Below, piece by piece: positions 28,050 to 36,100 of a stretch of DNA of 64,000 bases (its first letter is position 1; each line of letters starts with the position of its first letter). This stretch comes from Candidatus Micrarchaeota archaeon (GTDB lineage: Archaea; Micrarchaeota; Micrarchaeia; Micrarchaeales; CABMGC01), in NCBI GenBank assembly GCA_021818925.1, contig JAKASU010000001.1, positions 188,035-252,034 on the forward strand. The letters are read 5' to 3'. The notes under the pieces are model-generated. The model was not told the DNA's origin, did not search any database, and was given only the letters and a program-made list of their open reading frames with translations. The position numbers were made by a program, and so were the translations under genes.

Positions 28050-29120
28050 CTAGACGTTGCCTGGCGTGTAAATGCCGTCGCTGCCGTTGACGAAGACCAC
28101 ATAGGACGCGCCTACGAATCCTGCTCCAGAGCTGTCGTTTAGCCATACGTTCACGGTGTACTCCCCCGGGCCGTTCTTGCCTATCGTGTTGCGCATGTTG
28201 AACGCGACGTTGAATCCGTTGCCGTTGACGCTGTACCGGTCCGCCACTATGGTCTGGATGTTGGAATAGTAGTAGAGCGGGCTGCTCACCACGCCAGCAA
28301 CAGGGGTCCCTGATGAATAAGAGGAGGTGTTGTCTAGCTGCGCCCTGGTCATGTTCTGCACAGGCGGGTCGTAGCTTATCTGTATGGATGAGAACCTGGC
28401 GCCGTAGAGGAGCCGGCCAGCGGCGTAGAACTCGTCGCTTGAAGGCTCTATTCCGAAGTTAGTCCAGTTTATGTAGTCGTTGATGAAGTCCTCCGTGAAA
28501 TACACACTGCTCGAGTTGTACGCTATGCCTATGCTCACCTGGTTGTGCTGCGGCGTGAGTATGTTATCCCTGTGGCCGTTGTGGCAGCACACGGAGTCAT
28601 TGTACATCATCTCGTACTCCATCTGCTGCAGCGCCTGCTTGACGTTTATGTTGCCTGTGCAGCCAAGGATTCCGCAGGTCTCGCTCTCCCTATAGGCGAT
28701 GTTCTCACTCACAGCACCGGTGCCCCCCAAGAGGGTATAGCGCATATAGGGCTTCATCCCATGTGGGTCCCAGTGGCTGAAGTAGTCGTTGACCAGCATG
28801 CTGTCCGAGTGCTGCTGGGCGGAAGGCTCGCTGGAGAGCGTCACGTTTGCCAACCCGAACTTCTGCCTGTCTGCATTAATCAGACCGAGCGCATAGGCAT
28901 CTAGCTGGGCATTTGTCTGCGACGCGTTCGCCTGCGCAGCCGTCGTTGTTATCAGGGTGCTGTTCGACTCGACTACTGTTGAAGTGAGGTTCGGGAAAGA
29001 GGTGAGAGGATTGCCCTGGTTCAGCACAATGCGCGTGTAGGATACGTACGCAAGGCCGGCCAAGAGCAGCACTATTGCGAGCGTGATTATGTTTGTCACA
29101 ATCCTCGTTGCGCCGCCCAT
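28050..29120 (-). CDS. Membrane-anchored CAP/SCP-domain protein
   Basis: LIN.DR...GL, AQQHS..M...YFSH, ENI and GHRDNIL...H..V.IG. Confidence 0.9.
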   Translation of the reverse strand: MGGATRIVTNIITLAIVLLLAGLAYVSYTRIVLNQGNPLTSFPNLTSTVVESNSTLITTTAAQANASQTNAQLDAYALGLINADRQKFGLANVTLSSEPSAQQHSDSMLVNDYFSHWDPHGMKPYMRYTLLGGTGAVSENIAYRESETCGILGCTGNINVKQALQQMEYEMMYNDSVCCHNGHRDNILTPQHNQVSIGIAYNSSSVYFTEDFINDYINWTNFGIEPSSDEFYAAGRLLYGARFSSIQISYDPPVQNMTRAQLDNTSSYSSGTPVAGVVSSPLYYYSNIQTIVADRYSVNGNGFNVAFNMRNTIGKNGPGEYTVNVWLNDSSGAGFVGASYVVFVNGSDGIYTPGNV

Positions 29121-29180
29121 GCTCTTGTTTCACACAAATAACCTATAAGAAGTTATTGAGACTGCAAGTGAAAGCAAGAC

Positions 29181-29415
29181 AGTGGTGTGCCGTAGCCCCT
29201 CTTCTGTTTTAGGTGGCATTCGACTAAGCGGCGATTGCCTTGCGCGTTCACCGCATGCCCATCGGCCGTTTCAAGCGCACATGCACGCTCGTCGTGTCAT
29301 CGCTTGTGTACACTTGCGCTGCGTTTCTTTTCCGATTCGGGCCTTAAGCCCGCTGCATGCATCGCGCGGAGGGAGCTTCCTCGGTCGTAAGACCGTAAGC
29401 CACCCGCACACCACT
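29181..29415 (-). ncRNA. rnpB: RNase P RNA, compact archaeal form
   Basis: Minus strand: 10-bp terminal P1, CR-I GAGGAAGCUCC, CR-II AGAAAC, CR-III UGAAAC, CR-V ACAGAAGAGGGGCUA; P4 AGC(U)CCCUC/GAGGGGCU; TTATAAA about 25 nt upstream. Confidence 0.92.
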
Positions 29416-29461
29416 AATGGCTTTTTATTATCTGTGGTTTATAAGGCTATCTGGAGACGCG

Positions 29462-29743
29462 ATGGTCGTATCGATCTTTGGAATTGCCCTATCGGGGATA
29501 TGGCTCCTGATAGCCGCTGCGGTAGCAATATTTGTGGTCTGGAAGCTGGGCAAACTGGTGTTAAAGATAGTGTTTGGGGTGATAGCCAACACGATACTCG
29601 GGTTCATAAGCCTCTTCCTGGCCAACAGCATATTCGGCTTCTCGATACCGTTCAGCTTGCCGGTGATAGTATCCACGGCGTTGTTCGGCCTCGGGGGAGT
29701 AGGCACGATAATAATACTTCAGCTGTTCGGCATCACGGTCTGA
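29462..29743 (+). CDS. Small BofA-like membrane protein
   Basis: Three hydrophobic helices with N.ILG...L...N..G..IP and G..G pattern. Confidence 0.65.
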   Translation: MVVSIFGIALSGIWLLIAAAVAIFVVWKLGKLVLKIVFGVIANTILGFISLFLANSIFGFSIPFSLPVIVSTALFGLGGVGTIIILQLFGITV

Positions 29744-29938
29744 CTAGCGTGCAAGCTCTACGTCTGACTTCTGCACGGTCTTCCTCTTGGCGTGCTTCGC
29801 AAGCTTGACGGCCTTCTTGGCTATCGAATAGGCATAGGCGTTTAGAGTCTCAGACAGCTCCATTGCGGCGCTGTCGCTTATCCTGTCGCCCCCGACGCTC
29901 TTCAGTATCCTCTTTGCCGTCATCTTAGAAATCGACAT
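29744..29938 (-). CDS. Archaeal histone
   Basis: RILK..G.DRIS..A and A.HAKRKTV...DVELA histone fold. Confidence 0.93.
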   Translation of the reverse strand: MSISKMTAKRILKSVGGDRISDSAAMELSETLNAYAYSIAKKAVKLAKHAKRKTVQKSDVELAR

Positions 29939-29978
29939 GCACAACTATTAAAATAAGAAAGCTTAAAACGATATTTGA

Positions 29979-30434
29979 ATGCAGGTAAGGGAACTTGAAG
30001 AGAGGGATTTCACCAGCCTCTGCGAGCTGATCCTTCAGGTGTATGACGAGATGCCATACGCCACAACGTTCGGAAAGAGGCCGAGCGACGAGGAGCTGGA
30101 GGAGCTGATGCGGAGGAAGCTAGAGGGCATGAGAGACAGGACACGCATCGACTTCGTGGCGACGCTCAACGACAGGGTGGTTGCTGATTGCGAGATAACG
30201 AAAACCACCGATGCGGGCGGGCTCATCGGGATCATAGTTGCAAAGGAGCAGAGGAGGAGGGGGATAGGCAAGAGGCTCGTGGAGAAGTGCGCCGCGAAGG
30301 CCAGGCTGCAGAAGATGCTCGAGGTATACGCGGAGATAGACGACAGGAACGAGGGAGCGGCGAGGTTCTTCTCAAGGTGCGGGTTCAGGGAGCAGGAGGG
30401 CGAAGACAAGCTCGTGATGGTAAGGAACCTATGA
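29979..30434 (+). CDS. GNAT acetyltransferase
   Basis: V...RRRGIGKRL motif A and N..A..FF...GF motif B. Confidence 0.9.
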   Translation: MQVRELEERDFTSLCELILQVYDEMPYATTFGKRPSDEELEELMRRKLEGMRDRTRIDFVATLNDRVVADCEITKTTDAGGLIGIIVAKEQRRRGIGKRLVEKCAAKARLQKMLEVYAEIDDRNEGAARFFSRCGFREQEGEDKLVMVRNL

Positions 30435-31055
30435 GCCGTTGGAGGCGTTGTAGGAGGCAAGGAAGGTTCCGTTCAACTGCGAGATCAACGCGTAGGCGCT
30501 GTTGTTTGAGAACGTTGACGAATAGCTGACCAGCCAGACGTTCGTGTAGTTCTTGCCCAGCACGCTCGTTCTGTTGTAGAAGTGGGCGTATGCCTGCACG
30601 TGCGAGAAGCCGACGGCGTTGATGAAGTTCGACAGGGCGGGTATGTTGAGCGCGTATGCGCGCGTCAGGGCCACGGGGAAGGATGAGACTATGAAAGGGC
30701 CTTTGCTGTTGAAGCCGTAAACGACGCAGTTGTTCGTGTACGTGTTATCGACCCTGTACACAAACCCGAACTGGGGATAGTCGAACGTGTATACGAAGTA
30801 CGATGGGCAGGGAGAGGTGGCGTTGAGTATCACTGATGCGACTATGTGCCAGCTGCCCGAATAGTTGGACGGGGTATTGTTGGTTATGTTAATGAGCGCC
30901 GAGGGATAGAGTCGTTGGAGGTCCGTCGTAACGAGAGACGCTGCCTGCTCCTGCGTCACGCGCTGGAAGACGCTGCTCTGGAGTGCATAGTAAACTGCGA
31001 AGAGCACCACTATGACTATCACAGCGAAGAGCATGGCGCGGACGAGCAGGTCCAT
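30429..31055 (-). CDS. Membrane-anchored extracellular hypothetical protein
   Basis: N-terminal TM, Asn/Ser/Tyr-rich with many sequons, CP motif. Confidence 0.7.
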   Translation of the reverse strand: MDLLVRAMLFAVIVIVVLFAVYYALQSSVFQRVTQEQAASLVTTDLQRLYPSALINITNNTPSNYSGSWHIVASVILNATSPCPSYFVYTFDYPQFGFVYRVDNTYTNNCVVYGFNSKGPFIVSSFPVALTRAYALNIPALSNFINAVGFSHVQAYAHFYNRTSVLGKNYTNVWLVSYSSTFSNNSAYALISQLNGTFLASYNASNGS

Positions 31056-31100
31056 GTTCTAAGATAAAACTAGCACATATAAAATGTTTGCTAACTTGCG

Positions 31101-31325
31101 CTACCTCTTGCGCAGGTCAACCAAGCCCAGGTCCGCCATCTTGCGGATGGTGCTCCCGGCTTCCTCCTCGCTGACGCTTTCGTTGCACACAAGCTTCTTG
31201 TACTGCTCAGCCTCCTTGCCCGTGAGCGTCCCGCGTGAAACCTTCAGTAGGAGCGAGTTTAGCAATTCTGATCTGCCTGCGTTTTTTGAGGCCTTCACGC
31301 CACCACAATCTCGCTTAATCATCAC
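31101..31325 (-). CDS. Small hypothetical protein
   Basis: 74-aa ORF filling the gap downstream of thiI. Confidence 0.4.
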   Translation of the reverse strand: MMIKRDCGGVKASKNAGRSELLNSLLLKVSRGTLTGKEAEQYKKLVCNESVSEEEAGSTIRKMADLGLVDLRKR

Positions 31326-31330
31326 AATTA

Positions 31331-32488
31331 TTAAAACTCGCGCATCGTTGACAGCGCCATGCTCCTGCTTGCGATCTTCGAAATGCCGATCTTGCCGAGC
31401 ATTGTTTTCATATCGCCTCTCCGCGTTTCTGTCTTGGGGTTTCTGGAGTTTATGGAGCAGACATCCCTGTAGGGTTTTATAGATTCCTCGAAAGTGCCTA
31501 TTTTTTTAGCCATGGCGATTATCTCCTCCTTGTCAAACCCGAAAAGCGGACGCATCACAGGCAACCTTATGCCCTGCTGCTCCGCGGCCATATTGCTTGA
31601 GGTCTGCGATGCGACCTGACCCAGGCTCTCGCCGGTAACAATCATATCGGCTTCTTCCCTGAGTGCCACTTTCTCTGCAATCCTGAGCATGAAGGCCTTG
31701 AGGAGCACGAGCTCGTATTTGCCGAACCTTGATGAGTTGGCCTGGAAGACGTATGAAGGGATGAAATATGTCTTGGAGTGCGGGTGGAACTCTGCGAGTT
31801 TGCTTATTATAATGGAAAGCTTGCTCCTCTCTGCTTCGCGATTGTCGCGGAAGGCATGCACGTGAAGGTAGACGGGTTCAAGGCCGCGCTTCATCGCGTA
31901 CCATGCGGCAACTGGCGAGTCTATTCCGCCTGATATGAGGATGACTGCTTTCCCGGAGCTGCCGACAGGCAGGCCTCCGGCGCCGCGTTCCCTGTTAAGC
32001 GTCAGGAAAGCCGCATCTTTGGTCACGCTGATGCTTAGTTTGCGTTCATACTCCTTCGGCTTTGGCTCTATTCCGAGCTTGTCGGCCGTCTTCTTCAGGC
32101 TGTCAACTATGTCCACCGAGGTAAACGGAAGCTGCTTGTACGACCTGTGCGAGTCTATCCTTATGCTGGCTGCCCGCGGTCTTCTGGAAAGCATCTTCTT
32201 TGCCGCGGATACGATCTCATCGAGTTCAGGCTTCGCTACGACCGAGAGCTCTATCGCGCTTATCCCGAAGACCTTCTTGAGTTTTGCGATGATCTTGTCC
32301 GCGTCGGAGCCTTTGCCGGGTCTCAGTGCAAGCCTGTCGAAGTTCCTCTGCAAGGAGAAATCCTCACCCGCCAGCTGCTCCCTTATGTTTCTTTCGAGAA
32401 GCCGTATGTAATAGTCTCTGTTGCCTCCCTTCAGCCAAAGCTCACCGAAGTGTACTATGATTAGTTCCTCGCCCTGCTTGAACTCCAT
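31331..32488 (-). CDS. thiI: tRNA 4-thiouridine synthase ThiI
   Basis: GELWLKG.NR, THUMP region, GGLPVG, SGGIDSPVA, TGESLGQVASQT and RPL...DK.EI. Confidence 0.95.
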   Translation of the reverse strand: MEFKQGEELIIVHFGELWLKGGNRDYYIRLLERNIREQLAGEDFSLQRNFDRLALRPGKGSDADKIIAKLKKVFGISAIELSVVAKPELDEIVSAAKKMLSRRPRAASIRIDSHRSYKQLPFTSVDIVDSLKKTADKLGIEPKPKEYERKLSISVTKDAAFLTLNRERGAGGLPVGSSGKAVILISGGIDSPVAAWYAMKRGLEPVYLHVHAFRDNREAERSKLSIIISKLAEFHPHSKTYFIPSYVFQANSSRFGKYELVLLKAFMLRIAEKVALREEADMIVTGESLGQVASQTSSNMAAEQQGIRLPVMRPLFGFDKEEIIAMAKKIGTFEESIKPYRDVCSINSRNPKTETRRGDMKTMLGKIGISKIASRSMALSTMREF

Positions 32489-32498
32489 AAAAAGAAAG

Positions 32499-32675
32499 CT
32501 ACTTCTTCTGCGCCTTGGTGAGCTCCTTGATCTCCTTTGGCCTCTGCTTCTTGTGCTGCACTGTGTCGAAGTTGTAGCACCGGTCTGAGCAGTAATACTT
32601 TACCGCTCCGGTCTTCTTGACGTACATTATGCCCGTCCCCCTCTCTATCTCCCTGGCGCAGTACGAGCACTTCAT
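32499..32675 (-). CDS. rpl24e: 50S ribosomal protein eL24 (absent from the ORF track)
   Basis: Hand translation [33 protein letters not shown]...; follows rps28e. Confidence 0.93.
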   Translation of the reverse strand: MKCSYCAREIERGTGIMYVKKTGAVKYYCSDRCYNFDTVQHKKQRPKEIKELTKAQKK

Positions 32676-32679
32676 GCGA

Positions 32680-32910
32680 TCACTTCACGTTTATCGGCTT
32701 GTCCTCCCTGCTCGTGTCACCGAGCCTTATCATGTCGCCGACCTTGGCCCTGCCGCTTATGTTCCTCCTTATGACCCTACCCTTGTCCTTGCCTTCCATT
32801 ATCTTGCACATGACCTGTATGATGGAGCCGAACATTCCGGTCTTCCTTGGCTGTATCTCGACTATCTCCGCGAGGTAGCCGTCGTACTGCTTGGCCTGTT
32901 CCTCCGCCAT
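32680..32910 (-). CDS. rps28e: 30S ribosomal protein eS28
   Basis: TGM.G.I.QV.C.I.EG.DKGR.IRRN..G...GD. Confidence 0.95.
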   Translation of the reverse strand: MAEEQAKQYDGYLAEIVEIQPRKTGMFGSIIQVMCKIMEGKDKGRVIRRNISGRAKVGDMIRLGDTSREDKPINVK

Positions 32911-32922
32911 CCAACTACCTAA

Positions 32923-33447
32923 TCACTGGGCCGTGGCCGCCTCTGGCTTTGGCGCTTCCTGCTTTGGCGCCTCTTGCTTAGGGGCCTCCTGCGGCTTCGC
33001 CTCCTTCTTCGGGGCCCTCTTCGGGGCTGCCTGCTTCGGGGTCTCAGCCTTTGGCGACGTTTCCTGCTTCGCTGCGCCTCCTCCCATCTTTCCTGACGCC
33101 CAGTTCGCCACCTCCTTAAGCTGCGACTGTCCTTCTCCAGCCTTCTCTATGGCCGCTGCGGCGCAAGGAACTCCAAGGCCCGCCGCCTTCCCAAGATCCA
33201 GTTTTGCGGGAACGAAAACGAACGGAATCTTCTTCTGCTCGCAGAGCGTAGGGATGTGCATAACCACCTCCTCAGGCTCGACGTCGCCCGCTATGACCAC
33301 AAGCGCCGCTATTCCGCGTTCCACGCTCTTGGTCACTTCGTTGACCCCCTTCCTGACAGATCCGCTCTGCTTCGCAAGCCTCAGGGCCTCGAGCGACTTG
33401 TCTGCTATCTCCTTTGGTACTTCGAACTTCGCGTATGTTTTTGCCAT
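32923..33447 (-). CDS. rpl7ae: 50S ribosomal protein L7Ae with low-complexity C-terminal tail
   Basis: RKGVNE.TK..ERG, DV.PEE...H.P.LC and LG.AAGL; SD GAGGTG. Confidence 0.96.
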   Translation of the reverse strand: MAKTYAKFEVPKEIADKSLEALRLAKQSGSVRKGVNEVTKSVERGIAALVVIAGDVEPEEVVMHIPTLCEQKKIPFVFVPAKLDLGKAAGLGVPCAAAAIEKAGEGQSQLKEVANWASGKMGGGAAKQETSPKAETPKQAAPKRAPKKEAKPQEAPKQEAPKQEAPKPEAATAQ

Positions 33448-33544
33448 ATAGACACCTCATCTCATTGGTGCAACAGAATCAGCACCGACAGCGAACACTC
33501 TGGCTCGCTTAAACATAATGTATACGCTGAAAGGCTTTTTAACC
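33336..33544. repeat. Copy 1 (functional) of the rpl7ae 5' end plus promoter duplication
   Basis: Near-identical to 34502-34680. Confidence 0.92.
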
Positions 33545-34411
33545 CTATCTCAGATAGCTCATCAGATCAAGTATTGCGCCTTCGCGGGCGGACACTTTCT
33601 CGCGGAAATCGCCATTGAGCTTCAGCATGAGATTCTCATAGGAGCCGCCTGTTGTCATTTTGACGTTTGAAAGTACTGCCACGCCGTTCTCGCTGCTTAT
33701 CGAGACCACGTTGATTATGTCCTTGCCCAGGGCGAACGCGGTGCCCAGGTCAAAGAGGCTTCCTGTGCTGCCCGTCCAGAATATCTGCACGCCAGCGACC
33801 TCCATCATCTTTGCGAGGTTCTGCCTGACTATGTTTATGCCTCCTTCAGGATCCACCTGCTCCGTCTGGTCACCTGGGTAATAACTGCTGCCTCCTTTCC
33901 TCTCGAAACTCTTTTTATGCTCGCGCAGCCTCTCAACGATCTCCTGGGGCGCATTCCTTACAGGGCATATCATGAACTCTGACCTGTCATCGATGAAGCT
34001 CTTTGTGTTGTTTTTTATCTGCTCCGGGAGCGCCGTTTTCCCTCCGGCAATATCGAGAATCACGTTGCTGTGCGACTTCCCCTGTGTTCTCTCGACCTCG
34101 TTGTCTATGACTATCTTTTTGCCCAACGCTACAGCCATCCCTAACTCGAAAAGAAGATCAGGATCCGGATACCTCCAGACAAAATGCACAACCTCTGCTT
34201 TCTTCATCGCCTCAAGGTCGCGATAGAATTCGAGTGTGGCCTTGTCAGCGTCCATCTCCTTCTTGTCCTGAGGGAAGTACGCCTTCTCCTTGTTTTTCTT
34301 CGCAATCAGGGCTTCTTGTTCAATCGTTGCCGAGTTTCCTCCGTTGGCATCGTTGGATCTCGGATAGGAATAGTATGCTAGCTTCTGCTTTGTGAAAAGA
34401 CCGAATCTCAA
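33545..34411 (-). CDS. Tandem nucleoside 2-deoxyribosyltransferase-like (NDT) domain protein
   Basis: Internal duplication: YFPQD...LLFELGMAVALGKKI...GKSHSNV and YYPGD...GSLFDLGTAFALGKDI...GGSYENL. Confidence 0.7.
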   Translation of the reverse strand: MRFGLFTKQKLAYYSYPRSNDANGGNSATIEQEALIAKKNKEKAYFPQDKKEMDADKATLEFYRDLEAMKKAEVVHFVWRYPDPDLLFELGMAVALGKKIVIDNEVERTQGKSHSNVILDIAGGKTALPEQIKNNTKSFIDDRSEFMICPVRNAPQEIVERLREHKKSFERKGGSSYYPGDQTEQVDPEGGINIVRQNLAKMMEVAGVQIFWTGSTGSLFDLGTAFALGKDIINVVSISSENGVAVLSNVKMTTGGSYENLMLKLNGDFREKVSAREGAILDLMSYLR

Positions 34412-34469
34412 TCAACCACAAAAGGGCTTTCTTATCCGTGTATTTAATCTTTTCTATGCTTTTGTTTGG

Positions 34470-34680
34470 TCAGTCTAGGTACTCCTGCGGTGCCGGAGGC
34501 TCTTCGTTGACCACTTCCTGACAGATTCGCTCTGCTTCGCAAGCCTCAGGGCCTCGAGCGACTTGTCTGCTATCTCCTTCGGTACTTCGAACTCATCTCA
34601 TTGGTGCAACAGAATCAGCACCGACAGCGAACACTCTGGCTCGCTTAAACGTAATGTATACGCTGAAAGGCCTTTTAACC
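34470..34680 (-). pseudogene. Chimeric scar: rpl7ae promoter/5' fragment fused to a fusA 3' end
   Basis: 34470-34502 matches fusA end 36101-36133 at 29/33; 34502-34680 matches 33336-33544 with a 29-nt deletion removing SD and ATG plus a 1-nt deletion. Confidence 0.9.
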
Positions 34681-34774
34681 GATTCGTTGCCAGAGTCAAA
34701 GCCGAACGGAATAGGATTATATAAATTTGCATTGAAGTGCATACGAACCCAAAGCGGGACGGGGATCTGGGAGT

Positions 34775-36094
34775 TTGGCGACCACTCTGAAACTCAATAA
34801 AGGCACGCCAGTAAACAGGCTGGATGAAGTATACAGGTCTTATCAGACAAGGTGCATAGAACACCTTGTTTCCAGGGTGGAACCGTCCGGCTACATCTCA
34901 GCCTCAAACGAGTACAAGCACTACGGAGCGCATTGGTTCCGCGACTCCTCGTTTGTCGCAATCTCCCTTCTCGAGTTTGCGGGGAGCAGGGGAGCAGACA
35001 GGGAGCACAAAGAGACCGCGCTCGCGGCGGCGACGAGAGTCATAGACAGGAACGTAGAAGAGATCGACAAGCTTACAGGGGCGATACGAAGGGCTGTAGA
35101 AACGGCGCTTGACAATGAGGACTTTTTCAAGCTATCGAATCAGATCTACTCAAGGTTCGGAAAGGAAGGCATGTTTGCCGAAGACACGTATCAGCTGGAG
35201 GTGAGGAGAAGCTGGCTGATGCAGCACGATTCGCTCCCGCTCCTGCTTCTCTCGCTGGAGAAGAAGGCAGACAGCTTCGGCCTGGCACCAAACGATAGGG
35301 AGTTCCTGAACAGGAACGCAAGGCTGTTCGCCGATTACCTAGGCAAGATATACCTGACAGAATGTTCGAACATATGGGAGATTGGATCCGACATGCTGCA
35401 TTCCTACGATGTTGCGTCGGTATACGCCGCTTTTAGGGCGATGGAGCACATGTGCAGGCTTGGTGAGATAGATTCGATGGAAGTGAATGAGGTAAGGGAA
35501 CGCGAATCGGGCCTGTTCCCCGGCGGCCCGCTTGGGTTTCTCAAGAAGTACTTTGTGAAGGACGGCGTGCTTTACAGCAGCAAAAGAAGATTCGAAGACC
35601 ACCCGGCGGAGGAGATGGGAGTGGACGCATCTGCTGTGTATGTGTTCACCGACCTGCAGCTGCGGAACGGCGAACTCGGCGCCGGAGTGGAGGAGAACAC
35701 GATACTAAAGGTGGAACGCGACCTCTTCGGGGATAGGAAGATGCCTTGGCGCTACCTTGGCGACAGGTACTTTGGCGGCAGACCATGGGTGCTTCTTGCG
35801 GAGAAGTTTGCCGCATACTATATTGAAAAGGGCAGTACTGAGAAGGCAATCGAGATACAGAATTATGTGATAGAGAAGTTCGGTGAGAGGTTGCCTGAGC
35901 AGGACAACGACTTTGCGCAGTTTCCTGGAGGGGACCTTGACGGTGAACTGGCCAGAAACGGCGGGAAGCCGATAGGCGAACTGGCGTGGTCGTATGCAGA
36001 AGCCGTACGTGCGCTGATGAAGATGCTGGATTCTGACGGCGCTGCTGAAACAAGCAGGCTGCTGTTCAGGCAGGCGGTCCAGATAAGAGGCTAG
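34775..36094 (+). CDS. Glycoside hydrolase family 15-like (glucoamylase/trehalase fold)
   Basis: W.RD (HWFRD), Q.D, IWE, VDAS, RY..D.Y.GG.PW, LPEQ and LAWS motifs. Confidence 0.85.
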   Translation: MATTLKLNKGTPVNRLDEVYRSYQTRCIEHLVSRVEPSGYISASNEYKHYGAHWFRDSSFVAISLLEFAGSRGADREHKETALAAATRVIDRNVEEIDKLTGAIRRAVETALDNEDFFKLSNQIYSRFGKEGMFAEDTYQLEVRRSWLMQHDSLPLLLLSLEKKADSFGLAPNDREFLNRNARLFADYLGKIYLTECSNIWEIGSDMLHSYDVASVYAAFRAMEHMCRLGEIDSMEVNEVRERESGLFPGGPLGFLKKYFVKDGVLYSSKRRFEDHPAEEMGVDASAVYVFTDLQLRNGELGAGVEENTILKVERDLFGDRKMPWRYLGDRYFGGRPWVLLAEKFAAYYIEKGSTEKAIEIQNYVIEKFGERLPEQDNDFAQFPGGDLDGELARNGGKPIGELAWSYAEAVRALMKMLDSDGAAETSRLLFRQAVQIRG

Positions 36095-36100
36095 CCAGAA

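Noticed and set aside
29182-29808. 208-aa plus-strand ORF
   Set aside because: Overlaps the RNase P RNA, the BofA-like gene and the histone; atypical composition.
32461-32670. 69-aa ORF from the track
   Set aside because: Wrong frame; the real gene is rpl24e at 32499-32675.
34598-34864. 88-aa minus-strand ORF
   Set aside because: Spans the duplicated non-coding leader and the GH15 start.
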